From IMG/VR virus record IMGVR_UViG_3300017914_003245, positions 1-64,000 of that record: a stretch of DNA of 64,000 bases; one strand, 5' to 3'. The notes beneath the pieces are model-generated. The model saw only the letters and a list, made by a program, of their open reading frames with translations, had not been told where the DNA came from and made no database searches. The first letter of the stretch is position 1. Each line of letters opens with the position of its first letter. The position numbers were made by a program, and so were the translations under genes. This DNA comes from a virus. Lineage: Duplodnaviria; Caudoviricetes. Positions 19,345 through 27,547 of the stretch are shown here, in pieces.

Positions 19345-19719
19345 TCAGAATGGGATATCTGCAAACTCGTCTTCAGCTTCTTCGGCTTTGGGTTCTTGAT
19401 TTGAACTTTGTTCTTGTTCGGATTTATCTAAAAAAGTAACTTTTTCTGCAACGCAGTATGTTCTTGTTCTATTTTCTCCTTCTTTGGTTTTCCAGCTGCT
19501 AGATGCAAGCCTACCTTCGACTAGAACTTTTCTACCTTTACTTAGAAATCTATTGCAATTTTCTGCGACACTATTCCAAGTTTCAATGTCTATGTAGAAA
19601 ACGCTATTATTTACTTTATTGTTTATTGCGATAGCAAAATCGCAGACTTTGTTGTCTCCTTTGACCTCCCTAAACTTTGGGTCTCGGGTTAAATTTCCTA
19701 ATGCTATATATTTATTCAT
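19345..19719 (-). CDS. ssb: Single-stranded DNA-binding protein
   Basis: LGNLTRDP...W...AENC...LSKGRKVLVEGRL OB-fold motifs and the acidic tail EDEFADIPF. Confidence 0.95.
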   Translation of the reverse strand: MNKYIALGNLTRDPKFREVKGDNKVCDFAIAINNKVNNSVFYIDIETWNSVAENCNRFLSKGRKVLVEGRLASSSWKTKEGENRTRTYCVAEKVTFLDKSEQEQSSNQEPKAEEAEDEFADIPF

Positions 19720-20312
19720 ATTTCTTGTAATAATTCTTGTTGTAAATCTTCTACTACAGAGTTATGTATATTAATACATCCCTGTATGCTTAAGTTCATT
19801 TGATCTCCTATTTGTTTCCATGGCATAACTTTATTTTTACTTCCAGTAATATACCTCATTTCGAATATTTTTTCAACTCTTTTGTCGGGGTGGTCTTTTA
19901 TTACCTTAAAAACTTTATTAAGGATGTCTTGCTTTACGCATTCAGAAAAGGTGTCTGATTCCATCTCTTCCGTCTCTGCCATGTTTTCGATATATTCACT
20001 ATGCCAGACGGGTCTTCTTTTGTTTCTGTTATATAAATTTAAGCACATCCATTTCGTTTCATTTCCGAGGTAGGTGCTAAATTTTGCGCCTTTGTTTTTA
20101 TTGAATTTTATTGCTGCAGAATATATTCTGTATTCTTTATCTTCTATCAGCTCATTGTAATCAATAAATGGATTATTAGGGCTAGCATATGAATTTACCA
20201 TATCAAGATATATTCCACTATGCCTGTCTATTAATTCTTTTAGGCTGTCTTCAATTTCTTTGTTTGATTGAATGTTGTCTATTAAGTCTTGATCGCTATT
20301 TTCGTTGCTCAT
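19716..20312 (-). CDS. Phage-encoded sigma70-family RNA polymerase sigma factor (regions 2 and 4)
   Basis: Region 2 is AAIKFNKNKGAKFSTY. The region 4 HTH is IFEMRY...WKQIGDQMNLSIQGCINIHN. Confidence 0.85.
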   Translation of the reverse strand: MSNENSDQDLIDNIQSNKEIEDSLKELIDRHSGIYLDMVNSYASPNNPFIDYNELIEDKEYRIYSAAIKFNKNKGAKFSTYLGNETKWMCLNLYNRNKRRPVWHSEYIENMAETEEMESDTFSECVKQDILNKVFKVIKDHPDKRVEKIFEMRYITGSKNKVMPWKQIGDQMNLSIQGCINIHNSVVEDLQQELLQEI

Positions 20313-20857
20313 GTTATAGATGATAAAACATTGTTTACTTTATTCGAGACTTCATCCATATTTTCTGATTCAAAATCTTTCCATGAAATATGAAAGTCTG
20401 ATTTATTTTTAAGTATAGGGTCATTGTCTAGCTCTTCTTGGTTTGGTGCGATGTTACCAGATCTTGTTATGTGAACTGTTTCTCCGCCCATCTCATGAAC
20501 CCAGTCTATCTCATTCTCGAATCTAACATCTGTTACAAAAACATATGTATCTTGATCTAAATCAGCCAGTATATCGTTTTGAATTTTATTGATCCAACAA
20601 TCTGGGTCAAGCTTTCTTCTAATGTGTGTTCCGTATGTAACCAAGAATGGTCTGATTATTTCTTTCTCTATTTGTTTTTCAGTAAATGCTGAGATACCGA
20701 CATATTTTGCCAGCAGTTCATCTGCTTCTTGTTTTAAAGCATCTGCAAAAGCATACCTCTTGTGTTTCTTTCCAGCTGATGCAAAGAATGGTTTTGAGAA
20801 ATTATAAAAACTATCTTTGCCGCATCGAGCTAAGCCACAGATTCCTACTAGTTTCAT
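20309..20857 (-). CDS. Deoxynucleoside monophosphate kinase (T4 gp1-like)
   Basis: P-loop GICGLARCGKDS, FADALK, and FVTDVRFENE...GGETVHITR. Confidence 0.85.
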   Translation of the reverse strand: MKLVGICGLARCGKDSFYNFSKPFFASAGKKHKRYAFADALKQEADELLAKYVGISAFTEKQIEKEIIRPFLVTYGTHIRRKLDPDCWINKIQNDILADLDQDTYVFVTDVRFENEIDWVHEMGGETVHITRSGNIAPNQEELDNDPILKNKSDFHISWKDFESENMDEVSNKVNNVLSSIT

Positions 20858-20859
20858 AA

Positions 20860-21156
20860 CTAAGCACCAAATACAAGTTTAACGTTCGATGACAGGTCAT
20901 GTAGCCCTGCGTTTGCCAGCATGCGAGATACGCTATGATATGATATCAAGTCATCGAATTCATCTTCCATAGCATCTGCTTTTAGCTCATGAGATATCAT
21001 TACCGAAGAAAGCTTTAAATTCTTGCCGTGTTTATTTATCATTTCCCTGATAGCCTCAGTGCAGGCTTCAGTCTCGTCATCGGCCTGAATTATCACCGAC
21101 CAGTCTGAGCAACGAATCATATAATATTTTCCATCACTTAAATCTATAATTTTCAT
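20860..21156 (-). CDS. Hypothetical protein, first gene of the early operon
   Basis: The ATG at 21156 lies 6 nt after a consensus -10. The longer track start overlaps the promoter. Confidence 0.7.
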   Translation of the reverse strand: MKIIDLSDGKYYMIRCSDWSVIIQADDETEACTEAIREMINKHGKNLKLSSVMISHELKADAMEDEFDDLISYHSVSRMLANAGLHDLSSNVKLVFGA

Positions 21157-21162
21157 ACAGCA

Positions 21163-21191
21163 AGTATACCACCATTTCATCAATTTGTCAA
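21163..21191 (-). promoter_or_regulatory. sigma70 promoter TTGACA-N17-TATACT with extended TG
   Basis: The minus strand reads TTGACAAATTGATGAAATGGTGGTATACT-TGCTGT-ATG. Confidence 0.85.
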
Positions 21192-21293
21192 TTCTTATAT
21201 TTATATATAATAATAAAAAATATTCAATGTATACGTATTGATTAACATTGTACAATTTTTTGAATGTCGAAGATTGAATTTTTTGAATTTTAC

Positions 21294-21322
21294 TTGACAG
21301 AAAATGATTTTTAAACTAATAT
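21294..21322 (+). promoter_or_regulatory. sigma70 promoter TTGACA-N17-TAATAT
   Basis: Read directly from the sequence. The ATG at 21330 follows 7 nt after the -10. Confidence 0.75.
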
Positions 21323-21329
21323 TGTTTGC

Positions 21330-21638
21330 ATGAAAAAATTCACACAGATACCAAATGCAATCCAGGAAGACATAGTAAGCGGCAAATTAATCGGCAACGA
21401 TTTAGTCGTTTACAATTATCTTGTATCAAAGGCTGCGCACGGAAGACCTATTTTTTATACGAACGAAAGAATAGGAAAAGATTTAGGGGGAATGTCTTAC
21501 GGAAAAATTTCAGCCAGTTTATCTAGGCTTAAAAAAGCTAAGCATATTTCTAGATTTAAGACTTACAATCGAACCGCCACCAAACTTGAGACTGCCGTTT
21601 TACAGGGCGGGAAAATTATTATAAGGGGAGAAGGATGA
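21330..21638 (+). CDS. Winged helix-turn-helix DNA-binding protein
   Basis: LVVYNYL...YTNERIGKDLGGMSYGKISASLSRLKKAKHISR has an HTH pattern like phage replication-initiator N-termini. Confidence 0.6.
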   Translation: MKKFTQIPNAIQEDIVSGKLIGNDLVVYNYLVSKAAHGRPIFYTNERIGKDLGGMSYGKISASLSRLKKAKHISRFKTYNRTATKLETAVLQGGKIIIRGEG

Positions 21639-22369
21639 AGGTAGCTCTTTGTTTTAGTGGTAAGTTGGGCAAATGGAAAGATGCCAGAGATTCAATAGTT
21701 GAAAAAATAATCAAACCACTCAACCCTGATATTTTTCTATTTACCTGGGAAGAAGAGAAATACAACAAATTCATTAACTACTACAAGCCAGTCAGGTTTT
21801 CAATACTCGATTACGATAGGTACTCAAGTAAAATGAAAAGCGCTTCGATAGATATTTGGTCAGGAATAAAACCAATGACCTTCGGAATGAAAAAGGTTTT
21901 TCAAGTATTCAGCGATTATTGTAAGGTGCATAAAAAAGAATATGATATCGTCATAAGACTAAGGCCTGACCTCGAAATTATTGACCCTATAAAGACACAT
22001 GAAATAAAAGATGCAATAAAAAGACCTCACATCAAAATGCCTTTTTACGAAGGTCATAAGATATACGACCATGAAGAAGAATTAAAAAAAGAATTTTCCT
22101 TCAGCTTTGTTTACGAAAAAGCGATCTTGCCAGATCAAATTAACGACCAAATTGCACTAGGACCTCCCAGTAAAATGAAAAAATATATGAACTGTTTTGA
22201 TAAAATTGAAGAGCCTGCTTTATTCATGTGGAATAATGGATATCCAGACTACATGTGTAGGATACCAGAATGCATACTAACTATGTTTTTAAAATTAAAC
22301 AACATTAAATACGCCCCACTAACAGGGTCATCTAAATTTGGGAATTTTCAAACAAAACTTTTAAAATGA
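21635..22369 (+). CDS. Putative glycosyltransferase-like protein (MKVALCFSG family)
   Basis: KVALCFSG...DIFLFTW...YDIVIRLRPDL...DQIALG is a pattern typical of polysaccharide-locus and viral GT-like proteins. Confidence 0.55.
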   Translation: MKVALCFSGKLGKWKDARDSIVEKIIKPLNPDIFLFTWEEEKYNKFINYYKPVRFSILDYDRYSSKMKSASIDIWSGIKPMTFGMKKVFQVFSDYCKVHKKEYDIVIRLRPDLEIIDPIKTHEIKDAIKRPHIKMPFYEGHKIYDHEEELKKEFSFSFVYEKAILPDQINDQIALGPPSKMKKYMNCFDKIEEPALFMWNNGYPDYMCRIPECILTMFLKLNNIKYAPLTGSSKFGNFQTKLLK

Positions 22370-23742
22370 TAAAATTAATTATTTTCGATCTCGACGGAGT
22401 TCTTGTTGAATCAAGAGAACTTCATTACATCGCACTAAATAAAGCTCTAGCAGAAATAAACGAAAAATTCGTCATATCAAGAGAGGAGCATTTATGCAAA
22501 TATGATGCGCTAACAACAACAATGAAACTAAAGAAGCTCTCTAAAGAAAAAGGTCTCCCAATCGAAAGCCACAACACAGTATGGCAGCTCAAGCAAAAGA
22601 AAACACTCGAGGAAATTGATAACTTTGAGATCGATAAAAGAATACAAAATATAGTTAAATCCCTAAAAGACCAAGGTTACACTATTGCATGCGCCACCAA
22701 CTCAATTCGAGCAACATCAAAATTAATGCTAATACGCAAAGGATTCATGGAATATATAGATTTTCTTTATTCAAATGAAGATGTAAAAAATGCAAAACCA
22801 AATTCAGAAATGTATCTGAAATGCATGATAAAAGCAGGAGTAAACCCAGATCAAACAGTAATCATAGAAGATTCTCATATCGGCAGAAAAGCAGCTATAA
22901 GCAGCGGAGCACATCTTTGTGCGGTAAAAGACTCCAACGACTTGACATATTCTAAAATAGAAGATACTATCCTGCATGCAGAGAATAAATTTTCAAACAA
23001 ACCAAAATGGCAAGGAGGTAAAATGAATGTACTAATACCGATGGCAGGAGCAGGATCCCGTTTCGAACAGGCAGGATACACATTTCCTAAGCCGCTAATT
23101 GATGTTAACGGCAAACCAATGATTCAGAAAGTTGTAGAGAACCTTAATATTGATGCAAGACACATTTTTATTGTGCAGAAGTCGCATTACGAAAAATATG
23201 CCCTAAAGCATATGCTAAATCTTATAGCCCCAAATTGCGAAATCATTCAAGTGGAAGGGGTTACTGAAGGAGCCGCTTGCACAACTTTACTCGCGAAAGA
23301 ATTAATTAACAACGATGAGCCACTCGTTCTTGCAAATTCCGATCAATACGTAGAATGGGATAGCAATCAATTTATGTACTCTGCAATGGCGGACGACATG
23401 GATGGCTCTATATTAACATTCGAATCAACTCATCCCAAGTGGAGCTATGCTAAGTTAAACGAGCAAGGATTCGTCACTGAAGTTGCAGAGAAAAAACCTA
23501 TTAGCAATCATGCAACAGTTGGCATCTATTTTTGGAAAAAAGGTTCAGACTATGTAAGTTCTGCCGAATCAATGATATCTAAAAATATTCGAGTAAATAA
23601 TGAGTTTTACGTTTGCCCAGTATACAATGAAGCTTTACTTCAAGGAGCCAGGGTTAAAACATTTCATATTGATAAAATGTGGGGATTAGGCACTCCAGAA
23701 GATTTAGACCTTTTCCTCAAACATGAAATTAATATCTCATAG
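22366..23742 (+). CDS. HAD phosphatase / sugar nucleotidyltransferase fusion
   Basis: N-terminal HAD motifs FDLDGVL, KPNSEMY and IIEDSHIG. C-terminal NTP-transferase motifs LIPMAGAGSRF, PKPLIDVNGKPMI, AEKKPISNHATVGIY and GLGTPEDL. Confidence 0.9.
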   Translation: MIKLIIFDLDGVLVESRELHYIALNKALAEINEKFVISREEHLCKYDALTTTMKLKKLSKEKGLPIESHNTVWQLKQKKTLEEIDNFEIDKRIQNIVKSLKDQGYTIACATNSIRATSKLMLIRKGFMEYIDFLYSNEDVKNAKPNSEMYLKCMIKAGVNPDQTVIIEDSHIGRKAAISSGAHLCAVKDSNDLTYSKIEDTILHAENKFSNKPKWQGGKMNVLIPMAGAGSRFEQAGYTFPKPLIDVNGKPMIQKVVENLNIDARHIFIVQKSHYEKYALKHMLNLIAPNCEIIQVEGVTEGAACTTLLAKELINNDEPLVLANSDQYVEWDSNQFMYSAMADDMDGSILTFESTHPKWSYAKLNEQGFVTEVAEKKPISNHATVGIYFWKKGSDYVSSAESMISKNIRVNNEFYVCPVYNEALLQGARVKTFHIDKMWGLGTPEDLDLFLKHEINIS

Positions 23743-24145
23743 AGGAAACCTATCTGGGCCAGAACCAAACAGAGAAAATAGCCCAGATTATATCCTACAG
23801 GCGATCGATAGAGGTTACGATGTAGAAGTTGACGTATGGGGCAGAAAGTCCCTATGGCTTGGTCACGACAAACCAGAATATCCTTGCCCAATTAGCTTCT
23901 TAATAGCAAATAAAAACAAGTTATGGATTCATTGCAAAAACCAAGAAGCTATTTTCACCCTAATCAATTTTAATACGCTAAATTTTTTCTATCACGATCA
24001 AGACGATTGCGTATTAACATCAAAAGGATTTCTTTGGACATATCCCAATAAAAATGTTTGTGGTCAAAGCGTTTTGGTTATAGACGACGCTACAAAATAT
24101 AACGGACCTCAATGTTTTGGCTTGTGTTCAGATAAAGTAAGATGA
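23723..24145 (+). CDS. Glycerophosphodiester phosphodiesterase-like (minimal PLC-like fold) protein
   Basis: ISHRGN...ENS...GYDVEVDV...LGHD...WIHCKN motifs. Confidence 0.75.
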   Translation: MKLISHRGNLSGPEPNRENSPDYILQAIDRGYDVEVDVWGRKSLWLGHDKPEYPCPISFLIANKNKLWIHCKNQEAIFTLINFNTLNFFYHDQDDCVLTSKGFLWTYPNKNVCGQSVLVIDDATKYNGPQCFGLCSDKVR

Positions 24146-25038
24146 ACTACTGGAATCCTCATGGCCTAAAGGACCCCGATACAGGCAAAGAGCTAGGATA
24201 CGTAAATAGTTTTACCAACTATCAATTAAGTTTATACAAAGGCTTACTTGAAAGATTTTCTGTTTACGAGAATAAAATATCAATTATCATACAGGGCCCC
24301 TTGCATTATCGAAGCATTAAAACAATACCTGATTACTTAAAATATGGAGAAGTAGTAGTTAGTTGTTGGGATAATGACGACATATCAATGCTAGATGAAT
24401 ATAAAAATGATATCAAAATTGTAGTAAATAAATATTCCAAATTAAAAGGTTATTTGCTTTCCACAAACAGAGGAGCCAGACCTTACATACTACAAAACTA
24501 CACAACCCTAAACGGCCTGAAAGCTTCCTCAGGGTATTTATCAATAAAAGTGAGATCAGATGAATCGTATCCCGTTTTAGATCCACTGATATCCATGCTA
24601 AAGATCAATAGAGATTCTTGTGACCCTAACACTAAGACATCAAATTGGTTTAAAATAGTAACATCTAATATATATTTCAGATACGATAAGGAGTGTAAAT
24701 TTCATCCATCTGATCACATAATAGCCGGATCAAAAACACGGTTAATTTCCGTATTTGATAAAGCTTTGTGCAGGTGTTTCTCAAAAAATGGATTAAACTT
24801 AAGACCTGAGCAGCTGATAGCTTACTCAGCAATAGAATCTTATTTTGATCCTCTCACAAAAAAAACGGAATCCATAGATATTCATAATTCTGTTAGCTTA
24901 ATGCAAAAACATTTTGATATAATAAGAATATCAAACCTACCGAATTGCACATGGACTTCTAGTTACAGAAAATACAGAGAATTATCTGGAGAAGAAGATT
25001 GGTGTCATCACATAAATGATTTAAGTTTAAAAGGTTGA
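24142..25038 (+). CDS. WavE-like lipopolysaccharide/polysaccharide synthesis protein
   Basis: ISIIIQGP...VVVSCW...QNYTTLNGL...IKVRSDE...FHPSDHIIAG resembles the WavE family. Confidence 0.55.
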   Translation: MNYWNPHGLKDPDTGKELGYVNSFTNYQLSLYKGLLERFSVYENKISIIIQGPLHYRSIKTIPDYLKYGEVVVSCWDNDDISMLDEYKNDIKIVVNKYSKLKGYLLSTNRGARPYILQNYTTLNGLKASSGYLSIKVRSDESYPVLDPLISMLKINRDSCDPNTKTSNWFKIVTSNIYFRYDKECKFHPSDHIIAGSKTRLISVFDKALCRCFSKNGLNLRPEQLIAYSAIESYFDPLTKKTESIDIHNSVSLMQKHFDIIRISNLPNCTWTSSYRKYRELSGEEDWCHHINDLSLKG

Positions 25039-25062
25039 ATTGATACAATTTATTGTTATAAT
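25035..25062 (+). promoter_or_regulatory. sigma70-type promoter TTGAAT-N16-TATAAT with extended TG
   Basis: TGTTATAAT in the 44-bp gap before the gene at 25083. Confidence 0.6.
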
Positions 25063-25082
25063 CAATAAATTTAAATAAGATT

Positions 25083-25637
25083 ATGTCAATATCACTATAC
25101 AAACCAAACACAAAAAATACAGGATGCGCTTTTAATTTTAAAATCGGCGTAGATAAGAAAAAAGAGCCAGTAATTTATGCAAAAGCTATTCAGCAACACA
25201 GTTGGGACGATAAAACAAAAACGGGCAACTTTTCTGGCAACGCATCCGACCCAGATAAAAACATCAATATTAAGTTTACTGAATTCGAAATAGGAGGAAT
25301 CCTCAGCGCCTTTAAAAACCGAAACGAATTTTCTTCTTTTCACTCTTATGAAGAAAACAAAACAAGCATAAAATGCACTCCTTGGGATAAAAAAACAAAA
25401 ATAAAAAACGGAGACAAAGAACAATGGGTTACCCTGCCAGCCTTCGGAATTAATTTTACCAGAAACGGAAATCAAGCATTCAGGATACCACTAGAACCAG
25501 GAGAAGTCGAAAATGTTTCTGCATTTTTTAAGTTTTACTTAAACTCCCTCTATTCGCATAGAAGAAAAATTGAGATTGAAAAGGCCAAAGAATATAACTC
25601 TAAAAAAGAAGAAGGTTCAAACAGCGCTCCATTTTAA
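25083..25637 (+). CDS. Putative Whirly/PC4-like single-stranded DNA-binding protein
   Basis: IKFTEFEIGGIL...FSSFH...FRIPLEPGEVENVSAFFKFYLNSL recalls Whirly motifs. It ends in an SSB-like -APF tail. Confidence 0.45.
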   Translation: MSISLYKPNTKNTGCAFNFKIGVDKKKEPVIYAKAIQQHSWDDKTKTGNFSGNASDPDKNINIKFTEFEIGGILSAFKNRNEFSSFHSYEENKTSIKCTPWDKKTKIKNGDKEQWVTLPAFGINFTRNGNQAFRIPLEPGEVENVSAFFKFYLNSLYSHRRKIEIEKAKEYNSKKEEGSNSAPF

Positions 25638-27547
25638 TGCCTAAAAAGAAAAAAATTGTAATACACAGCAATCATTGCAAGGCTTTTACAGGTTTTGGAA
25701 AAAATGCTAAGAATATTTTAATCTACTTAGAGAAAACAGGAAAATACGATATAGTTGAGTTTTGTAATGGAATCAGATGGGGTGACCCTTCTTTAAAAAA
25801 AATGCCATGGAAAGCTCAAGGAGCCTTACCATCTAGCATATCAAAACTAAAGAAACTACAAAAAGATCCTGCTCTTGCAAAATCTGCTGCCTACGGAGCA
25901 GAGATGGTTGACTCTATTATCGAGGAAGAAAAGCCAGACATCTATCTTGGGATAGAAGACATTTGGGCATTCTCTGGTTATGCAAATAGAAAATGGTGGA
26001 ACAAGATTAATTGCATGATATGGACAACTTTAGATAGTTTGCCAATTTTACCAGAAGCAGTAAAGGCTGCCCCAAAAATTAAAAATTTTTATACCTGGGC
26101 AAGTTTCGCTCAAAAATCTTTAAACGACATAGGTCAGGATCACGTTAAAACCCTTAGGGGCTCTTTGGATACATCTCATTTTTTTAAACTTAAAGACTCA
26201 GAAAAACAAAAACTTAGACAATTTCATAGAATTGAATCTAATGACTTCGTAATAGGATTTGTATTTAGAAATCAACTTAGAAAAAGCGTACCCAATTTAC
26301 TGGAAGGCTTTAAAATATTTTGCGAAAAAAATCCCCAGCAAAACTGTAAACTTCTGTTACACACCCACTGGGATGAAGGTTGGGATATATCTAGATTAAT
26401 CAAAGAAAAAGGAATAGATCCGTCAACAATCCTTACTACTTATTTTTGCAACAAATGCAAAGAGTATGAAATTAAAAACTACACAGGAGAAAAACTTGAT
26501 TGTAGATTTTGTGGAAGCGAAAAAAGTCAAGTAACAACAAGCGTAAAGGGTGGAGTTAGCGAATCTCAATTAAATCAAATTTACAATCTAATGGATGTAT
26601 ACTGTCATCCATTCACTAGCGGAGGTCAAGAGATTCCTATTCAAGAAGCTAAACTTGCAGAACTCATAACACTTGTCACAAACTATAGTTGCGGAGAAGA
26701 TTCCTGCAAAGAAGGCGCAGCAAGCCTACCTCTATCTTGGACTGAATATCGAGAACCGGGAACTCAATTCATTAAAGCTAGTACTTGCCCCAAAAGCATA
26801 GCTTCTCAATTAGAAAAGGTATTGTTCATGAACGACTCCAAAAAAGAGCAGATGGGCAAAACAGCCAGAGAATTTGTCATAAATAACTATAGCATTGAAG
26901 TCATAGGCAAACAACTTGAAGACATTTTCGACTCCATGCCAGACATAAATTGGGACTTTAATTTTGAAGCAGAAGAAAGAGATCCAACCTATAACCCGCC
27001 AGACATAGAAAAAGACTCTGACTGGTTAATTGATATTTATAAAAATATATTAAAAGTTGAAGCTAGTGAGCTTGACGATGGACACAAGCATTGGATGAAT
27101 CGACTACAATCAGACCTGAAAAGAGAAGACGTATTGAAATATTTTCAAGCAGTCGCAGAAAAAGAAAACAAAGAAAATAAAAAGATTGAACTTGCAGAGC
27201 TCTTAGATGATGAAGATCCCAGCGAGCGACTACTAATTGTTATGCCTGAAAGAATTGGAGATGTATACTTAATGACTTCATTATTACCAAACGTAAAAAA
27301 ACAATATCCTAATCATAAAATATATTTCGCAACATCAGCAAAGTATTTTCAAGTTCTAGACGGAAATCCCTACATTCATAAATGCATAGCTTATCACGAC
27401 GAACTCGCAAATCTTCCATTAATGGAAGGACAAGGAAAACATGAAGGATATTTTGATATGGCATTTATTCCGTTTTTAGGAACCCAAAGGTTTATAAACT
27501 ATACCCATAACGGCAAAGATAAAATTCAATTCGATTTATGCACCTAG
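25637..27547 (+). CDS. Multidomain glycosyltransferase (GT4-like, Zn-ribbon insert, GT9-like C-terminal part)
   Basis: FVIGFVFRNQLRK and YNLMDVYCHPFTSGGQEIPIQEAKLA, with a CxxC-CxxC insert. The C-terminus has ERIGDVYLMTSLL...GNPYIHK, like a GT9 N-terminal motif. Confidence 0.8.
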   Translation: MPKKKKIVIHSNHCKAFTGFGKNAKNILIYLEKTGKYDIVEFCNGIRWGDPSLKKMPWKAQGALPSSISKLKKLQKDPALAKSAAYGAEMVDSIIEEEKPDIYLGIEDIWAFSGYANRKWWNKINCMIWTTLDSLPILPEAVKAAPKIKNFYTWASFAQKSLNDIGQDHVKTLRGSLDTSHFFKLKDSEKQKLRQFHRIESNDFVIGFVFRNQLRKSVPNLLEGFKIFCEKNPQQNCKLLLHTHWDEGWDISRLIKEKGIDPSTILTTYFCNKCKEYEIKNYTGEKLDCRFCGSEKSQVTTSVKGGVSESQLNQIYNLMDVYCHPFTSGGQEIPIQEAKLAELITLVTNYSCGEDSCKEGAASLPLSWTEYREPGTQFIKASTCPKSIASQLEKVLFMNDSKKEQMGKTAREFVINNYSIEVIGKQLEDIFDSMPDINWDFNFEAEERDPTYNPPDIEKDSDWLIDIYKNILKVEASELDDGHKHWMNRLQSDLKREDVLKYFQAVAEKENKENKKIELAELLDDEDPSERLLIVMPERIGDVYLMTSLLPNVKKQYPNHKIYFATSAKYFQVLDGNPYIHKCIAYHDELANLPLMEGQGKHEGYFDMAFIPFLGTQRFINYTHNGKDKIQFDLCT

